A DNA stretch of 49,320 bases from a virus. This document shows, piece by piece, positions 1 to 8,824 of the stretch. The notes below the pieces were generated by a model. That model saw only the letters and a program-made list of their open reading frames with translations, had not been told where the DNA came from and made no database searches. Within the stretch, counting starts at the first letter, position 1. Each line of letters begins with the position of its first letter. The position numbers and the translations under genes were made by a program. The stretch lies in IMG/VR virus record IMGVR_UViG_3300021066_000003, one strand, 5' to 3'.

Positions 1-127
1 CGCTTCCATCGCCACAGCCTTGTGCTCACGTCGCAGCTTGTCGAACCAGCGCCCGAGGAAGGCGGCGCCCTCCTGCATCGGCCCGCTGCGTCCGCGCTCC
101 ACGTTCAGGGCGTGGCTGATGATCGCC
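1..127. repeat. Left copy of an exact 127-bp direct terminal repeat (identical to 49194..49320)
   Basis: cgcttccatcgccacag...ggctgatgatcgcc is repeated base for base at 49194-49320. The repeat lies inside an open reading frame, so it marks circular closure or terminal redundancy, not an element boundary. Confidence 0.95.
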
Positions 128-2532
128 CGCGGGGAGCTCCCCAGCTTCGCTGCCACAGAGTCGGGGAGCACGCTGGCAGCGTTGATGTTCGTCGGCGGGA
201 CGCTCCGGCTGTTGATCGCCATAGCCTCCACGGCCGTCTGGAGGTTGCGCATGTGGCCCTTGCCGAGCGGCTTCAGGCCGGCCTCGATGGCTGCGTAGTT
301 CTGGGCCAGGAACGCTGCCGGATCGGGCTGCGAAACCACGTGCTCGGCGATCCCGCGCGCCAGGCCGTTCGACATGCCCGTGTCGCGCTTTGCGATCATT
401 GAAAGCACCCGCATGGCGTTCGGGTTGGTCGTCGCCTCGCCCAGCACCTCGACCGGCTCGCGTCCCTGGAACAGGCGAAACAGGTCGCCCGCAGCACGCT
501 TCTTCTCGGCAGCGACGATCTGGGCTCTGCGGGCGAGAAGCGCCTCGTTGTCCACGGCAAGGCGCTGCAGTTCGCTCTTGACTTGGGGGAACTCGGCGAG
601 CGTCGGCTCATGCTTGCGCATGAACGTATCGAGGGCTTTCTGATTGATGCGGCCGTCCTTGCCGATGACGTTGCCGTTGCGATAGAGCTCGTCCAGATAC
701 CCCGCACGCAGCGCGTTCCATGCTTCCGGCGTCTCGTCGAAGAGGAGCTTGAAGTCCTTGGCCGCCTGGGTGTTGTTGGCCTTGGTGATGAGCGAAGTGA
801 CCAGCTGGTCCGGGGTCCGAAACTCGCCGGATGCGTACTTGGCTGCGATGTCCGAGCCGAAGCCTTGCTTGAAGCGCGGCACATACTCATCGGCGTGGAA
901 GCGATTCGCCTCTTTCAGCTTCACCGCGACCTCCCCGAACCCGGACTGCTCGAACCCCTCGATCTTGCTGCGCAGGATCGTTTTCAGGTCTTCGAGGAGC
1001 TTGATGCGGAAATCCTTGTCCGGCGCAGTCGACCCGCGAAGTGAAGCCAGATCCGAATTAGCCCGCTTATAAAGGGAGTGGAGCTCTTCGAACGAGATGT
1101 CGGCCGGTTCTTTTTTCCCGCCCGTGTCGTAGAGCTTGATTTTCTTGCCTGTCGGAGTCGTCTTGATGCGTGGCTCATCGCTCGCCTCCTTGGCGAACTT
1201 CTGCTTGATCTGGCGGAAAACAGCCGGGATGTCCGACTGCTGATAGGCGTTCATCTCCGACTTGAGCACGTCGTCGACGTAGCTCACCGCGTCGTCGATG
1301 TTCGCCCTGACCCCGGCTTTCGCTGCCGCCTCGTACACTTCCTGGTACTTCTGCGACCGGATGCCGGAATAGACTTCCTTTTGCTTGAAGAACAGGTCCC
1401 TGAGTCGGTTGCCGTTTTCGAAGTTCGATGGGTTGGATTCGAACACCCGCACAGCGTCGTCGAGCTTCTCGTCGACGGCGGTTTTCATTCCCTCAAGGCG
1501 CTGCATGGACATGCCCTGCAGGCGCTTCACCCGGGTTACGGCTGGCTCCCCCGTGCCCATCGGGAACTTCGTGTCGACGTACTCCGAGATCGCCTTCAGG
1601 TTCGACTCGATGTTCGTGACCTGGCGGTTCAGGGATTCGGTCGACGCTGCGGCCATCCGGCGCTCCTCGGCGAGCAGGCCCGGCGCATTGCTGCGGGCTG
1701 GCAGGGACGGGCTGAACCCCGGGACTTCGTCCGAAATCTCGACACTGCGCTGAATGTTTTCCTTGGCCCGCGGGTAGGTCTCAAGCTGCTTGGCGATCTC
1801 GGCCGCCGCCTGCTCCTCCCCGGCGACCCTGTTCGCGTCAGCGCTGAACCGGCGCTTAACGGCACCGCTTACCCCGGTCACGGCGTTCGGGGTCAGTGCC
1901 GTGGTCACGCCGCCCGCCAGAGCGCCCACAGCCTCGCCGGCCTGCCTGTCCAAGCCCATCCCCGTTGCCACGTCGCCGCCTGCCTCCAGGCCTATTCCTG
2001 AGCCTCCTGTCGAAGCGATGAGCGACGGGATGTTCTTCGCCCGCATGGTCAGTCCGAAGGGTCCGCCAGCGCCAGCCATCTCCAAGACACCGCCGGCATA
2101 GCGCTTGAGATCGCTGGAAGTCCGCATGGCCGGGTCGTAGTTCAGGACCCCGCGGTAGTCCTCGGTCGTGGCGATCGGCTTGTCCGCGAAGGACGGAGGG
2201 CGGATTGCCCGCAGGCCGGCTTCCTCCCGCAGCGCTGCCCGTTCCTCCTCGGTCATGACCTCCCGGTTCGCCCGCTCGAACATGGATTTCGGCGTAGGGC
2301 GCATCAACTGGTAGACGTCCCCGGGCAGCCCCATGAACCCGGCTACGCCCTTCTTGAGCCGGTTGTAGAGGTAGGCGATGGTGCTCGGTTCCTCGACCTT
2401 GCCCCCACTCTCCTGCGCGTCGATCTTCGCTAGGTTCGAGGCGAGCGATGACTCGGCCGGAGTTCCCGGGATGTCCGAAAGCCGCATGGCGCCAGTGCTG
2501 TCAGGGATGGAGTCGAGGCGAACGCCAGCCAT
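1..2532 (-). CDS. Large internal virion / DNA-ejection protein, first 844 codons. The ORF runs off the left edge and continues at 49193..49059, for 888 aa in total.
   Basis: ATG at 2532..2530 shares one base with the TAA of the upstream gene (TAATG). The frame stays open to position 1 and is in phase with track ORF 49059..49295 through the repeat (position 102 = 49295). My translation (MAGVRLDSIPDSTG...KRYAGGVLEMAGAGGPFG...YLDELYRNGNVIGKDGRINQKALDTFMRKHEPTL...) is protein-like. It is absent from the ORF track because no stop lies inside the window. Confidence 0.85.
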   Translation of the reverse strand, partial: MAGVRLDSIPDSTGAMRLSDIPGTPAESSLASNLAKIDAQESGGKVEEPSTIAYLYNRLKKGVAGFMGLPGDVYQLMRPTPKSMFERANREVMTEEERAALREEAGLRAIRPPSFADKPIATTEDYRGVLNYDPAMRTSSDLKRYAGGVLEMAGAGGPFGLTMRAKNIPSLIASTGGSGIGLEAGGDVATGMGLDRQAGEAVGALAGGVTTALTPNAVTGVSGAVKRRFSADANRVAGEEQAAAEIAKQLETYPRAKENIQRSVEISDEVPGFSPSLPARSNAPGLLAEERRMAAASTESLNRQVTNIESNLKAISEYVDTKFPMGTGEPAVTRVKRLQGMSMQRLEGMKTAVDEKLDDAVRVFESNPSNFENGNRLRDLFFKQKEVYSGIRSQKYQEVYEAAAKAGVRANIDDAVSYVDDVLKSEMNAYQQSDIPAVFRQIKQKFAKEASDEPRIKTTPTGKKIKLYDTGGKKEPADISFEELHSLYKRANSDLASLRGSTAPDKDFRIKLLEDLKTILRSKIEGFEQSGFGEVAVKLKEANRFHADEYVPRFKQGFGSDIAAKYASGEFRTPDQLVTSLITKANNTQAAKDFKLLFDETPEAWNALRAGYLDELYRNGNVIGKDGRINQKALDTFMRKHEPTLAEFPQVKSELQRLAVDNEALLARRAQIVAAEKKRAAGDLFRLFQGREPVEVLGEATTNPNAMRVLSMIAKRDTGMSNGLARGIAEHVVSQPDPAAFLAQNYAAIEAGLKPLGKGHMRNLQTAVEAMAINSRSVPPTNINAASVLPDSVAAKLGSSPRAIISHALNVERGRSGPMQEGAAFLGRWFDKLRREHKAVAMEA

Positions 2533-4094
2533 TATTGCCGGACCTCCTCCACCAGCGGCTCACCGTCCTTGTCGTGGCCGACCACCTTCCAAGACTTGCC
2601 GCCACGCTGAATGACGGTCCCAAGCGCCGCCTTGGCAGAACCGCGGCGCTCCAGGTCGCGAACATGCAGACCTTCGCCGAGCACCCTACTCTCGTCCCCG
2701 CCGTAGGCCTTGATCTTGTTGCGGTACGTCTTCTCCAGCTTGCCTTGCGCACGGTTGAGCTCGGTGAAGTTGCGCCGGATCTCGGCGTACATATCCTGCG
2801 CCACGCGGTCGGGAATCGTCTGACCTTTGTCGAGGACTCCGGCGACGCTGACCCCGATGCGCTCGAAGATGTTGCCGAGCTTGTGCAGGTCCTTGATGTC
2901 GGACACAGCGATCCGGTCGTTCGGGTCGCGCATCTTCGCGTAGGCGAACATGAGCGCCGCATCGCCGGCCGACGTCTTGTCCTTATCCCGGTTCGCCATG
3001 TAGTCGGTCGTGGATTCGAAGAGCGGTCGACGCTCCGAGAACTTCTTCGAGTCCTGCCTGTAGTCGTCCGAGACCTTGAGCTCCACGTTGACGATCTGCG
3101 GGTCGATGCCGCCGGGCTTCCCTGGTTCCTTGACCGGGCCGAGCTCGACATACCGCGTGTCGGTGCCGAGCCGCGTGCCGGTGATCGTCTTGTCTGGATC
3201 CCACTGGTAGACCTTCCCGGCGATCGTCTGAGTTTTCGGCTCATCGGGCGGCCTGCCTGCTCGCTTCGCGCGATCGACCAGCAATTCCTGCTCCTTCGGC
3301 CCGTGCAGCACGCCGAGGCCTTCCCAGAACACCCTGTCGTTGCGCTTGATCGAGTCGACCTGCGCCTCGGAGAGCTTCACCTGGTCCGGGAGGTACTGCT
3401 GGATTTCCAGCACCTCGGAGGCAGTGATGACGTTGTCCGCCTTGATGGCCTTCAGCTTGTCGGCCGGCACGAACTGGTCCAGTCCGAGCAGCGCGGTCTG
3501 CACTTTCTTCGTTGCCAATCGAAGGTCGGACTTGTCCTTGGCGTCGACCAGCACTTTCATGCCTTCCGCGGTGCCTGCGAAGCGCAGGAACTCTTTCGAG
3601 TTCGACTTCATCATCACTTGGATCGGTTCTGGCAGGTATTGGGCGTATTCCTTGAACTGCGTGAGCATGTCCGGCTTCTTCGCGAGAGCCGTGAACGTCT
3701 GCTTCATGCCGGGCTGAATGGCCTCCAGCTTGTTGCCGTAGGCCTCGTCGAAGGCTGCGGCGTCCTCCGCGCTCATGCCCTTGCGCATCTCGATACCGTG
3801 CTCCAGGGCGCTCACAGTTTCCTTGAGCTCCTGCAGTTGCGTGAGCTTCGCCTTGCGCTTGGTCTCGATCTCGGCAACGAGCGGCGAGGGTTGCCCGGTC
3901 ACGCCAGCGCCGAATTCGGCAAGGCGCGTGAAGAACTCTTGGGAACCGGACATCTTCGAATAGGCATCCTTGACCGGGTCGGGCTGTGCTGGCGCCATGC
4001 CGATACCTGTCTGGGATGCGGGCGCGGTCAGAAGCGAACCCGAAGATGCACTCTCGCCAGGGAATAGTTGCTTCTCGTCGTATAGGACTGTCAT
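2532..4094 (-). CDS. Internal virion / ejection protein (520 aa)
   Basis: Track ORF 2532..4100. ATG at 4094 overlaps the upstream TAA (TAATG). It is a long, charged, coiled-coil-rich protein in a block of three large genes after the tail fibre, the position of podovirus ejection proteins. Confidence 0.6.
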   Translation of the reverse strand: MTVLYDEKQLFPGESASSGSLLTAPASQTGIGMAPAQPDPVKDAYSKMSGSQEFFTRLAEFGAGVTGQPSPLVAEIETKRKAKLTQLQELKETVSALEHGIEMRKGMSAEDAAAFDEAYGNKLEAIQPGMKQTFTALAKKPDMLTQFKEYAQYLPEPIQVMMKSNSKEFLRFAGTAEGMKVLVDAKDKSDLRLATKKVQTALLGLDQFVPADKLKAIKADNVITASEVLEIQQYLPDQVKLSEAQVDSIKRNDRVFWEGLGVLHGPKEQELLVDRAKRAGRPPDEPKTQTIAGKVYQWDPDKTITGTRLGTDTRYVELGPVKEPGKPGGIDPQIVNVELKVSDDYRQDSKKFSERRPLFESTTDYMANRDKDKTSAGDAALMFAYAKMRDPNDRIAVSDIKDLHKLGNIFERIGVSVAGVLDKGQTIPDRVAQDMYAEIRRNFTELNRAQGKLEKTYRNKIKAYGGDESRVLGEGLHVRDLERRGSAKAALGTVIQRGGKSWKVVGHDKDGEPLVEEVRQ

Positions 4095-5017
4095 TACCAC
4101 CCCCGCCCGGCCATGCCGATCCCGCGCGCCAAACTGCCTATTCCTTGGAGGTACGCAGCCGGGTCGAATGACGTGCCTGTTCTGGTCGTGTTCGCGGATC
4201 GCACGCCGGACAACGCACTCAAGGTGCCGACCCCAGCGCCACTACCGACGCTCGCCAGCCCAAGCCCGGTGCTGCTCGTTTGCCCACTGAGCAGCAAGCG
4301 GTTGTTGAACGCACGCTGCCGAAGTTCGGCCTGGAACTGCTTCGCCGCATCCGCCACGTTCTGCGTACTCAGGTTGATGCCGCTCTGCAACTGCTGCACC
4401 GCAAGCGGGTAGTTGAGCTTCGCCGAAGCCTCGGCCGCACGTAGGTTCTTGACGAGGGAACCCTTCTGGATCTCTCCCTCACGCGCAAGCAATGCTGCCT
4501 CGCCCTTGATCGGGGAGTCGGACAGTCGCAGGCCGCGGGCATTCGCGAGTTCATCGGCAATGAGGCCAAGCCCCCTCTGAGTGCTCGCGTCGATGTCGGA
4601 CGATCCTGCCGATATGGCCGCATCCGTCCCGGCCTTGATCCTGGCTTCCTGCTCTGGGGTAGCCGCACCGCCAGAGCGAATGAGGTCCAGCTGCTTCTGC
4701 AGCAGTTCTTCTTGGATCGGCCCGAGACGCGACGCGCGATCAAACTCGGACTTCGCAAAGGCCGCCTGCTGCTCCGGCGTGATCGCGGCATTAAGCGCTG
4801 CCGTCTCGGCACCCTGCCTGCGCAGGTCGGCGATAGTGATGTCTAGGAGTTCTTTCTGGAACGGGGCAAGCGTGTCCAGTTGCGCGAGTTGCCTGCGCGC
4901 GAGCTCCGTATTGAGCTTGATTAGCTCCTGTTCTTCGGCGGTAGGTGCTGGCGTAGACGTGACGACGTTCGTGGTGCTTCCTCCACCCCCGAACAGAGAG
5001 TCAACTAGCCCGCTCAT
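4094..5017 (-). CDS. Internal virion protein, Ala/Gln/Gly-rich (307 aa)
   Basis: Track ORF with an ATGA overlap to the upstream gene. Gly-rich N- and C-termini (LFGGGGST..., ...GIGMAGRGW) flank a helical core. Function is inferred from position only. Confidence 0.5.
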   Translation of the reverse strand: MSGLVDSLFGGGGSTTNVVTSTPAPTAEEQELIKLNTELARRQLAQLDTLAPFQKELLDITIADLRRQGAETAALNAAITPEQQAAFAKSEFDRASRLGPIQEELLQKQLDLIRSGGAATPEQEARIKAGTDAAISAGSSDIDASTQRGLGLIADELANARGLRLSDSPIKGEAALLAREGEIQKGSLVKNLRAAEASAKLNYPLAVQQLQSGINLSTQNVADAAKQFQAELRQRAFNNRLLLSGQTSSTGLGLASVGSGAGVGTLSALSGVRSANTTRTGTSFDPAAYLQGIGSLARGIGMAGRGW

Positions 5018-5475
5018 CTCAGCCTCTTCACGTACACGTCCGCCGTGTAGGTTCTGCGGAAGTTGAGGTTCTCAAGCACGTTGGAGAACTTCCGGTTCCC
5101 CTTCTCCACCACGCCGCCGACGTACTGGCAGCCTGCTGCATGGAGCGTCGCCATCGACTGAATGATGAGCTTGCGCAGGGCTACAGCCTTCAGCTTCGCC
5201 GGCACCTCCGGGCGCACGAACATGAACTCCACGTATCCGAACGGCTTGGAGATGGCTACCTGGCAGCATCCGATTACGTGTTCGTCCACGCAGGCAATGA
5301 GCCAGTGCGGGAAGACCTGAGTCCAGTCGACGGCCGATACGTCGACGCCGTTTTCGGTCAGCACCGTGGCGATGTCCTGGCCGGCCTCATTCACTGCGAG
5401 GCGAATCTCGACCATGTCGCGCACGATCTGCGCTCTTGTTCTATGCGTTGGTGCAGTGGCAGCCTGAACGGTCAT
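5014..5475 (-). CDS. GNAT-like N-acetyltransferase (153 aa)
   Basis: ...VIGCCQVAISKPFGYVEFMFVRPEVPAKLKAVALRKLIIQSMATLHAAGCQYV... resembles the GNAT beta4-alpha3 acetyl-CoA-binding segment. ATGA overlaps at both ends couple it to structural genes. Confidence 0.5.
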   Translation of the reverse strand: MTVQAATAPTHRTRAQIVRDMVEIRLAVNEAGQDIATVLTENGVDVSAVDWTQVFPHWLIACVDEHVIGCCQVAISKPFGYVEFMFVRPEVPAKLKAVALRKLIIQSMATLHAAGCQYVGGVVEKGNRKFSNVLENLNFRRTYTADVYVKRLR

Positions 5476-5723
5476 TTCCGTTTCGCTCGAAGTTCGGCCT
5501 GCTTCGCCTTGTGGGCCTCAATCCGCGCGCTGTCACCCTCGATGAGCGCACGGATAACCTTCAGATCGTTTTCGGCGAGTTCGGCATCAATCTTCGCGTT
5601 GTGCGCCGCCGCTTCGCGAGATGCCCTGCCTGATTCCCAAGCCGCTTCCTCGGCCTGACGTTGCGCAACCTCCTCGTCCGTCATGGGAACGGGTTTCCCG
5701 TCTACAGATTTCATGTAGCTCAT
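5472..5723 (-). CDS. Small coiled-coil protein downstream of the tail fibre (83 aa), possible fibre assembly factor
   Basis: ATG at 5723 overlaps the fibre TGA (ATGA). Sequence is MSYMKSVDGKPVPMTDEEVAQRQAEEAAWE...AELRAKRK. The longer track ORF (to 5870) would overlap the fibre gene. Confidence 0.55.
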   Translation of the reverse strand: MSYMKSVDGKPVPMTDEEVAQRQAEEAAWESGRASREAAAHNAKIDAELAENDLKVIRALIEGDSARIEAHKAKQAELRAKRK

Positions 5724-7216
5724 GATTTCCTGACTCCGTAGAGGATGAACGTGCCGCTTATGTTTCCACTGGAGGTGAGAATGCGGAAAGCATTCACCGC
5801 CGACGTGTTGAGGTATCGCCCGCCGACGTGGAACGCCGCAATGGTGCTGGCGTCGCGAAACCATGTGCAATGATTATTGGTCCACTTATGGCGGCTGGAA
5901 TTAACTCCGTAGATTTCAACGCGCCCCACTAGTGAGGCGGTTGCCCCGTTGTCTAGGCCCAAAGCAAGGCGTATCTGTGCGTCTGCGATGTCACCGGATG
6001 CTCCAGCAGTACCACCTGCGTCCGTATTGCCTACGTTCGTCCAAGCGTAGTCGGACGCTCCGGCATCGAACGACGCGCCGCCGTTCGTGTCCATGCGCAG
6101 CCACAGATCCACGTTGTCCGTCGCAGGAACAACGTCGTGCATCAGGATTATGTAGTTGTCGTAGGTGCTGTCGATGCCAGTTGTGAAGTCCACGGTGGCG
6201 ACGCCGCTCACGGTCTGCGGCTGAATCAATTCCAGAGCAAGCGTCTTGCCATTGGCCTGCACCGTCCCAGTTCCCTTCGGGACCAGGTTCAGGCTGATGT
6301 TCGTGTCGCCGCCAGTCGCACTCAGAGACGGAGCATTGCCGGTGGAATTGTTCGTGACGGTTACTTCGTTAACGGCGCTTGCCGTCTTAACGAACTTCAG
6401 AAGCTCATTGCCGCTTGAATCCGTGATCGGCTGATCCGCGGCGTGTTGGACCTCCGTGCTGGTGGCCTGGCCGAGTACCACCTTGCCGGTGCCCTTGCCC
6501 TTGAGCGTGACGGGGATGTTCGTGTCGCCGCCAGTCGCGGCGAGCGTTGGCCCAGCCCCGGTTGCCGCATTTGTGATCGTTACTTCGTTCACCGCGGATG
6601 CCGTAGCAACGTCGGCGATCAGAACTTCGTTGCCATTGCCATCCTCGATCACGACAGAGGCGCCGGCCCCTGTTCCTTTAGGCCGAACCCCGAGCCCTAC
6701 GTTAGTGTCCCCGCCACTTGCCTTCAGCACAGGGCGGTTGCCGGTTGCGGCGTTCGTAGCAGTGAGCTCGTTCACCGCGCTGGCCGTGGCAACATCGCCG
6801 ATCAGTACCTCGTTTCCGTTACCGTCTTCGATCACGACCGAGGCGCCACTGCCCGTTCCCTTCGGACGAAGCGCAAGCCCGACGTTCGTGTCGGAACCCA
6901 CAACGACCACGCGCGGACGGGCAGAGGTTGCCGCGCCGATGAAGTCGATGCCGTTTACAAGTGACGCCGCCGTCCCGTCGAACCTGAATAGGTCGACCCC
7001 GCCGAGTCTCACATCAACCCGGTCGTCGGTATCTGCCGTCAGCGACGTGTCCGCATCGCCGTCAAGGATCAGCTCGTAGCCATCCATGTCGAGCGTGCCT
7101 GTCAGCGGGGAAATCAGCGACCGGGCATTGTTGAGGATGTTGTTGAACTCGGCATTCAGGTCCGAGGCCGTGAGCACTTCGCCGGACACCCACGTTTTGA
7201 CCCTGGAGAGCGCCAT
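5720..7216 (-). CDS. Tail fibre protein with internal ~61-aa tandem repeats (498 aa)
   Basis: The N-terminus ...LTASDLNAEFNNILNN... is typical of phage fibre proteins. It carries 3.3 repeats of GGDTNVGL..RPKGTG.GASVVIEDGNGNEVLI.DVATASAVNE.T.TNAATG and a distinct C-terminal domain. Confidence 0.75.
   Translation of the reverse strand: MALSRVKTWVSGEVLTASDLNAEFNNILNNARSLISPLTGTLDMDGYELILDGDADTSLTADTDDRVDVRLGGVDLFRFDGTAASLVNGIDFIGAATSARPRVVVVGSDTNVGLALRPKGTGSGASVVIEDGNGNEVLIGDVATASAVNELTATNAATGNRPVLKASGGDTNVGLGVRPKGTGAGASVVIEDGNGNEVLIADVATASAVNEVTITNAATGAGPTLAATGGDTNIPVTLKGKGTGKVVLGQATSTEVQHAADQPITDSSGNELLKFVKTASAVNEVTVTNNSTGNAPSLSATGGDTNISLNLVPKGTGTVQANGKTLALELIQPQTVSGVATVDFTTGIDSTYDNYIILMHDVVPATDNVDLWLRMDTNGGASFDAGASDYAWTNVGNTDAGGTAGASGDIADAQIRLALGLDNGATASLVGRVEIYGVNSSRHKWTNNHCTWFRDASTIAAFHVGGRYLNTSAVNAFRILTSSGNISGTFILYGVRKS
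6257..6898 (-). repeat. Tandem ~183-219-bp coding repeats inside the tail fibre gene
   Basis: Repeat units start (minus strand) at 6898, 6715, 6532 and 6313. The 24-mer gatgttcgtgtcgccgccagtcgc is identical at 6296-6319 and 6515-6538. Confidence 0.85.
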
Positions 7217-7219
7217 TGC

Positions 7220-8824
7220 TTAGTTCTCCACGCTTTCCGCGCCCGGGGTTACGGCCGCTGTGATGCTATGCACTTCGATGTCCTGGTTGTTTGCGCTGTC
7301 CGTGATCTGGTAAGTCACGGTGCGGAACTCACCACCCTCCTCGCCGAAACGGTGGTATCGGTCTACGAATTGCGATCCGCCAAGCGTCGAGGTATCCAGC
7401 GTGAACTGATTCGACGAGGCGCTGCCAAGCACGTCGGCGCCACTCTGCGCCACCGTGAGTGTCTGCTGCGCGTTGTTGTCCCGCGTCCAGCCGAACGTAA
7501 AGTTGAAGTTGCCCTTCGGGGCAAGGCCGATAGCCCCGTGTGACAACTGCTTCATGAGCAGCGGGTTCCCGTAGCTCATGGTCGGGGTAGTGATTTTGTA
7601 GGAAAGGCCGGTGCTGCCGTCGATCGAGCGGTCAGACACATTCAGCCGCCGCACGAACCCATCATTGCCGCCAGCCAGAATCCTGCGCAGCCCGTTCGTG
7701 TCTACGAACGTGGCGAGGCTCGCGGCAGCGTAGGCCTTGAGCTTCGCCCAGCGAATGACGTCCGGCGCTCCGCGGAAATCCATGAGGAGGCACCTGTTGT
7801 TCGTGCTGCTCGCATCCCACGAGGCCGTGACCAGCACCATGCCGGCCAGCTGGTCGGTGGCCGCCCAGATGTTCCGCAGACGGTTGTAGTTCAGATACGA
7901 CCTGATGCCGCCGACGTTGATCGGCCTGGAAAGGCTCGCCTCGAAGAAGTCGCCGAACGCGGACGTGGCGGACAAGCTGTGCACCGACCCGAACTGGCTG
8001 ACGAATCCGATGTCATCGCCGAACCGGAAGATGGCGTTGTGCCAGCACGCACCAAGCCCAGAGACGAACGGCTTGCGCGCGAAGGCATCGGAGCCTGTCG
8101 GCGAACTTCCCGTGATTCGATGGATAGAGCCCTTGTTCGGCCCCTTATGAACCCAGAGCTCGTCCTTGTGGCTCACGAGACCAGTGATGATGTCCCCGTC
8201 GTTCGGGTCGATGTCGATAGACCCAGATCCTGATCCGGTCCAATCCTCCGGGTCGGTATTCGCGCTGTAGTAGAGCCTGGACGGGGCTGACACGACGCCA
8301 GCTGCCCAGGCGCGGTTCTTATGCGCGCAGCCGAACGCGAAGTTCGGCGGGCTGCCGGCGAGGTTCTGCGCGGTGCTCTGATCCCACGACCTCGGCACAT
8401 CCGAGGTGGAGTCTGAAGTGAAGATCAGAAGGTCGTCGAATGTGAAGTAGGAAGGAACCCTCCCGCTTTCGAGCCCAGAGCCGATCGTGGTGGCGAAGTC
8501 CCCGTCGTCGTTGTCGGCCAGAGCCTTCGTCCCGCAGTGCACGATCCTGCGACGGCTTGGGCTGCCGGCAGTGCCATGCCGCCAGTAGTCGAAGAGGCCC
8601 GTGACGACGGCTCCTGACTCCAGCGCAGAGGAGTTGACCTTGGATGCGCCGCCCATCTTGTGCGGGCCGCCGTCCAACTCGAATAGGCAGTCCTCGGCGT
8701 CGACCAGAAATGGAATGACCACCTTCCCGGACTGGTCCGGGGCGACGTCGACTGACGGGCCAAAGTCCGTAGCCCATCCACCGCCGAAGAAGTGTCGCAG
8801 GACACGCGTCGCGTTCGACGGCAC
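7220..8824 (-). CDS. Virion structural protein, tail tube/nozzle-like candidate (534 aa)
   Basis: GTG start directly after the upstream TGA. It is a large Gly/Ser/Asp/Trp-rich, beta-type protein immediately upstream of the fibre gene. The tubular-protein-B-like role is inferred from position only. Confidence 0.45.
   Translation of the reverse strand: MPSNATRVLRHFFGGGWATDFGPSVDVAPDQSGKVVIPFLVDAEDCLFELDGGPHKMGGASKVNSSALESGAVVTGLFDYWRHGTAGSPSRRRIVHCGTKALADNDDGDFATTIGSGLESGRVPSYFTFDDLLIFTSDSTSDVPRSWDQSTAQNLAGSPPNFAFGCAHKNRAWAAGVVSAPSRLYYSANTDPEDWTGSGSGSIDIDPNDGDIITGLVSHKDELWVHKGPNKGSIHRITGSSPTGSDAFARKPFVSGLGACWHNAIFRFGDDIGFVSQFGSVHSLSATSAFGDFFEASLSRPINVGGIRSYLNYNRLRNIWAATDQLAGMVLVTASWDASSTNNRCLLMDFRGAPDVIRWAKLKAYAAASLATFVDTNGLRRILAGGNDGFVRRLNVSDRSIDGSTGLSYKITTPTMSYGNPLLMKQLSHGAIGLAPKGNFNFTFGWTRDNNAQQTLTVAQSGADVLGSASSNQFTLDTSTLGGSQFVDRYHRFGEEGGEFRTVTYQITDSANNQDIEVHSITAAVTPGAESVEN

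Noticed and set aside
1-127. Terminal repeats as att sites, LTRs or transposon ends
   Set aside because: The repeat lies inside a continuous reading frame that is in phase across the junction. The integrase and attP-like region are elsewhere (46442-47591).
2448-4067. 539-aa plus-strand ORF, the longest plus-strand ORF in the virion region
   Set aside because: It is antisense to the clearly protein-like 520-aa minus-strand gene. Its translation is Arg/Leu/Gly/Val/His-rich with no recognisable domains, which is the typical GC-rich shadow frame.
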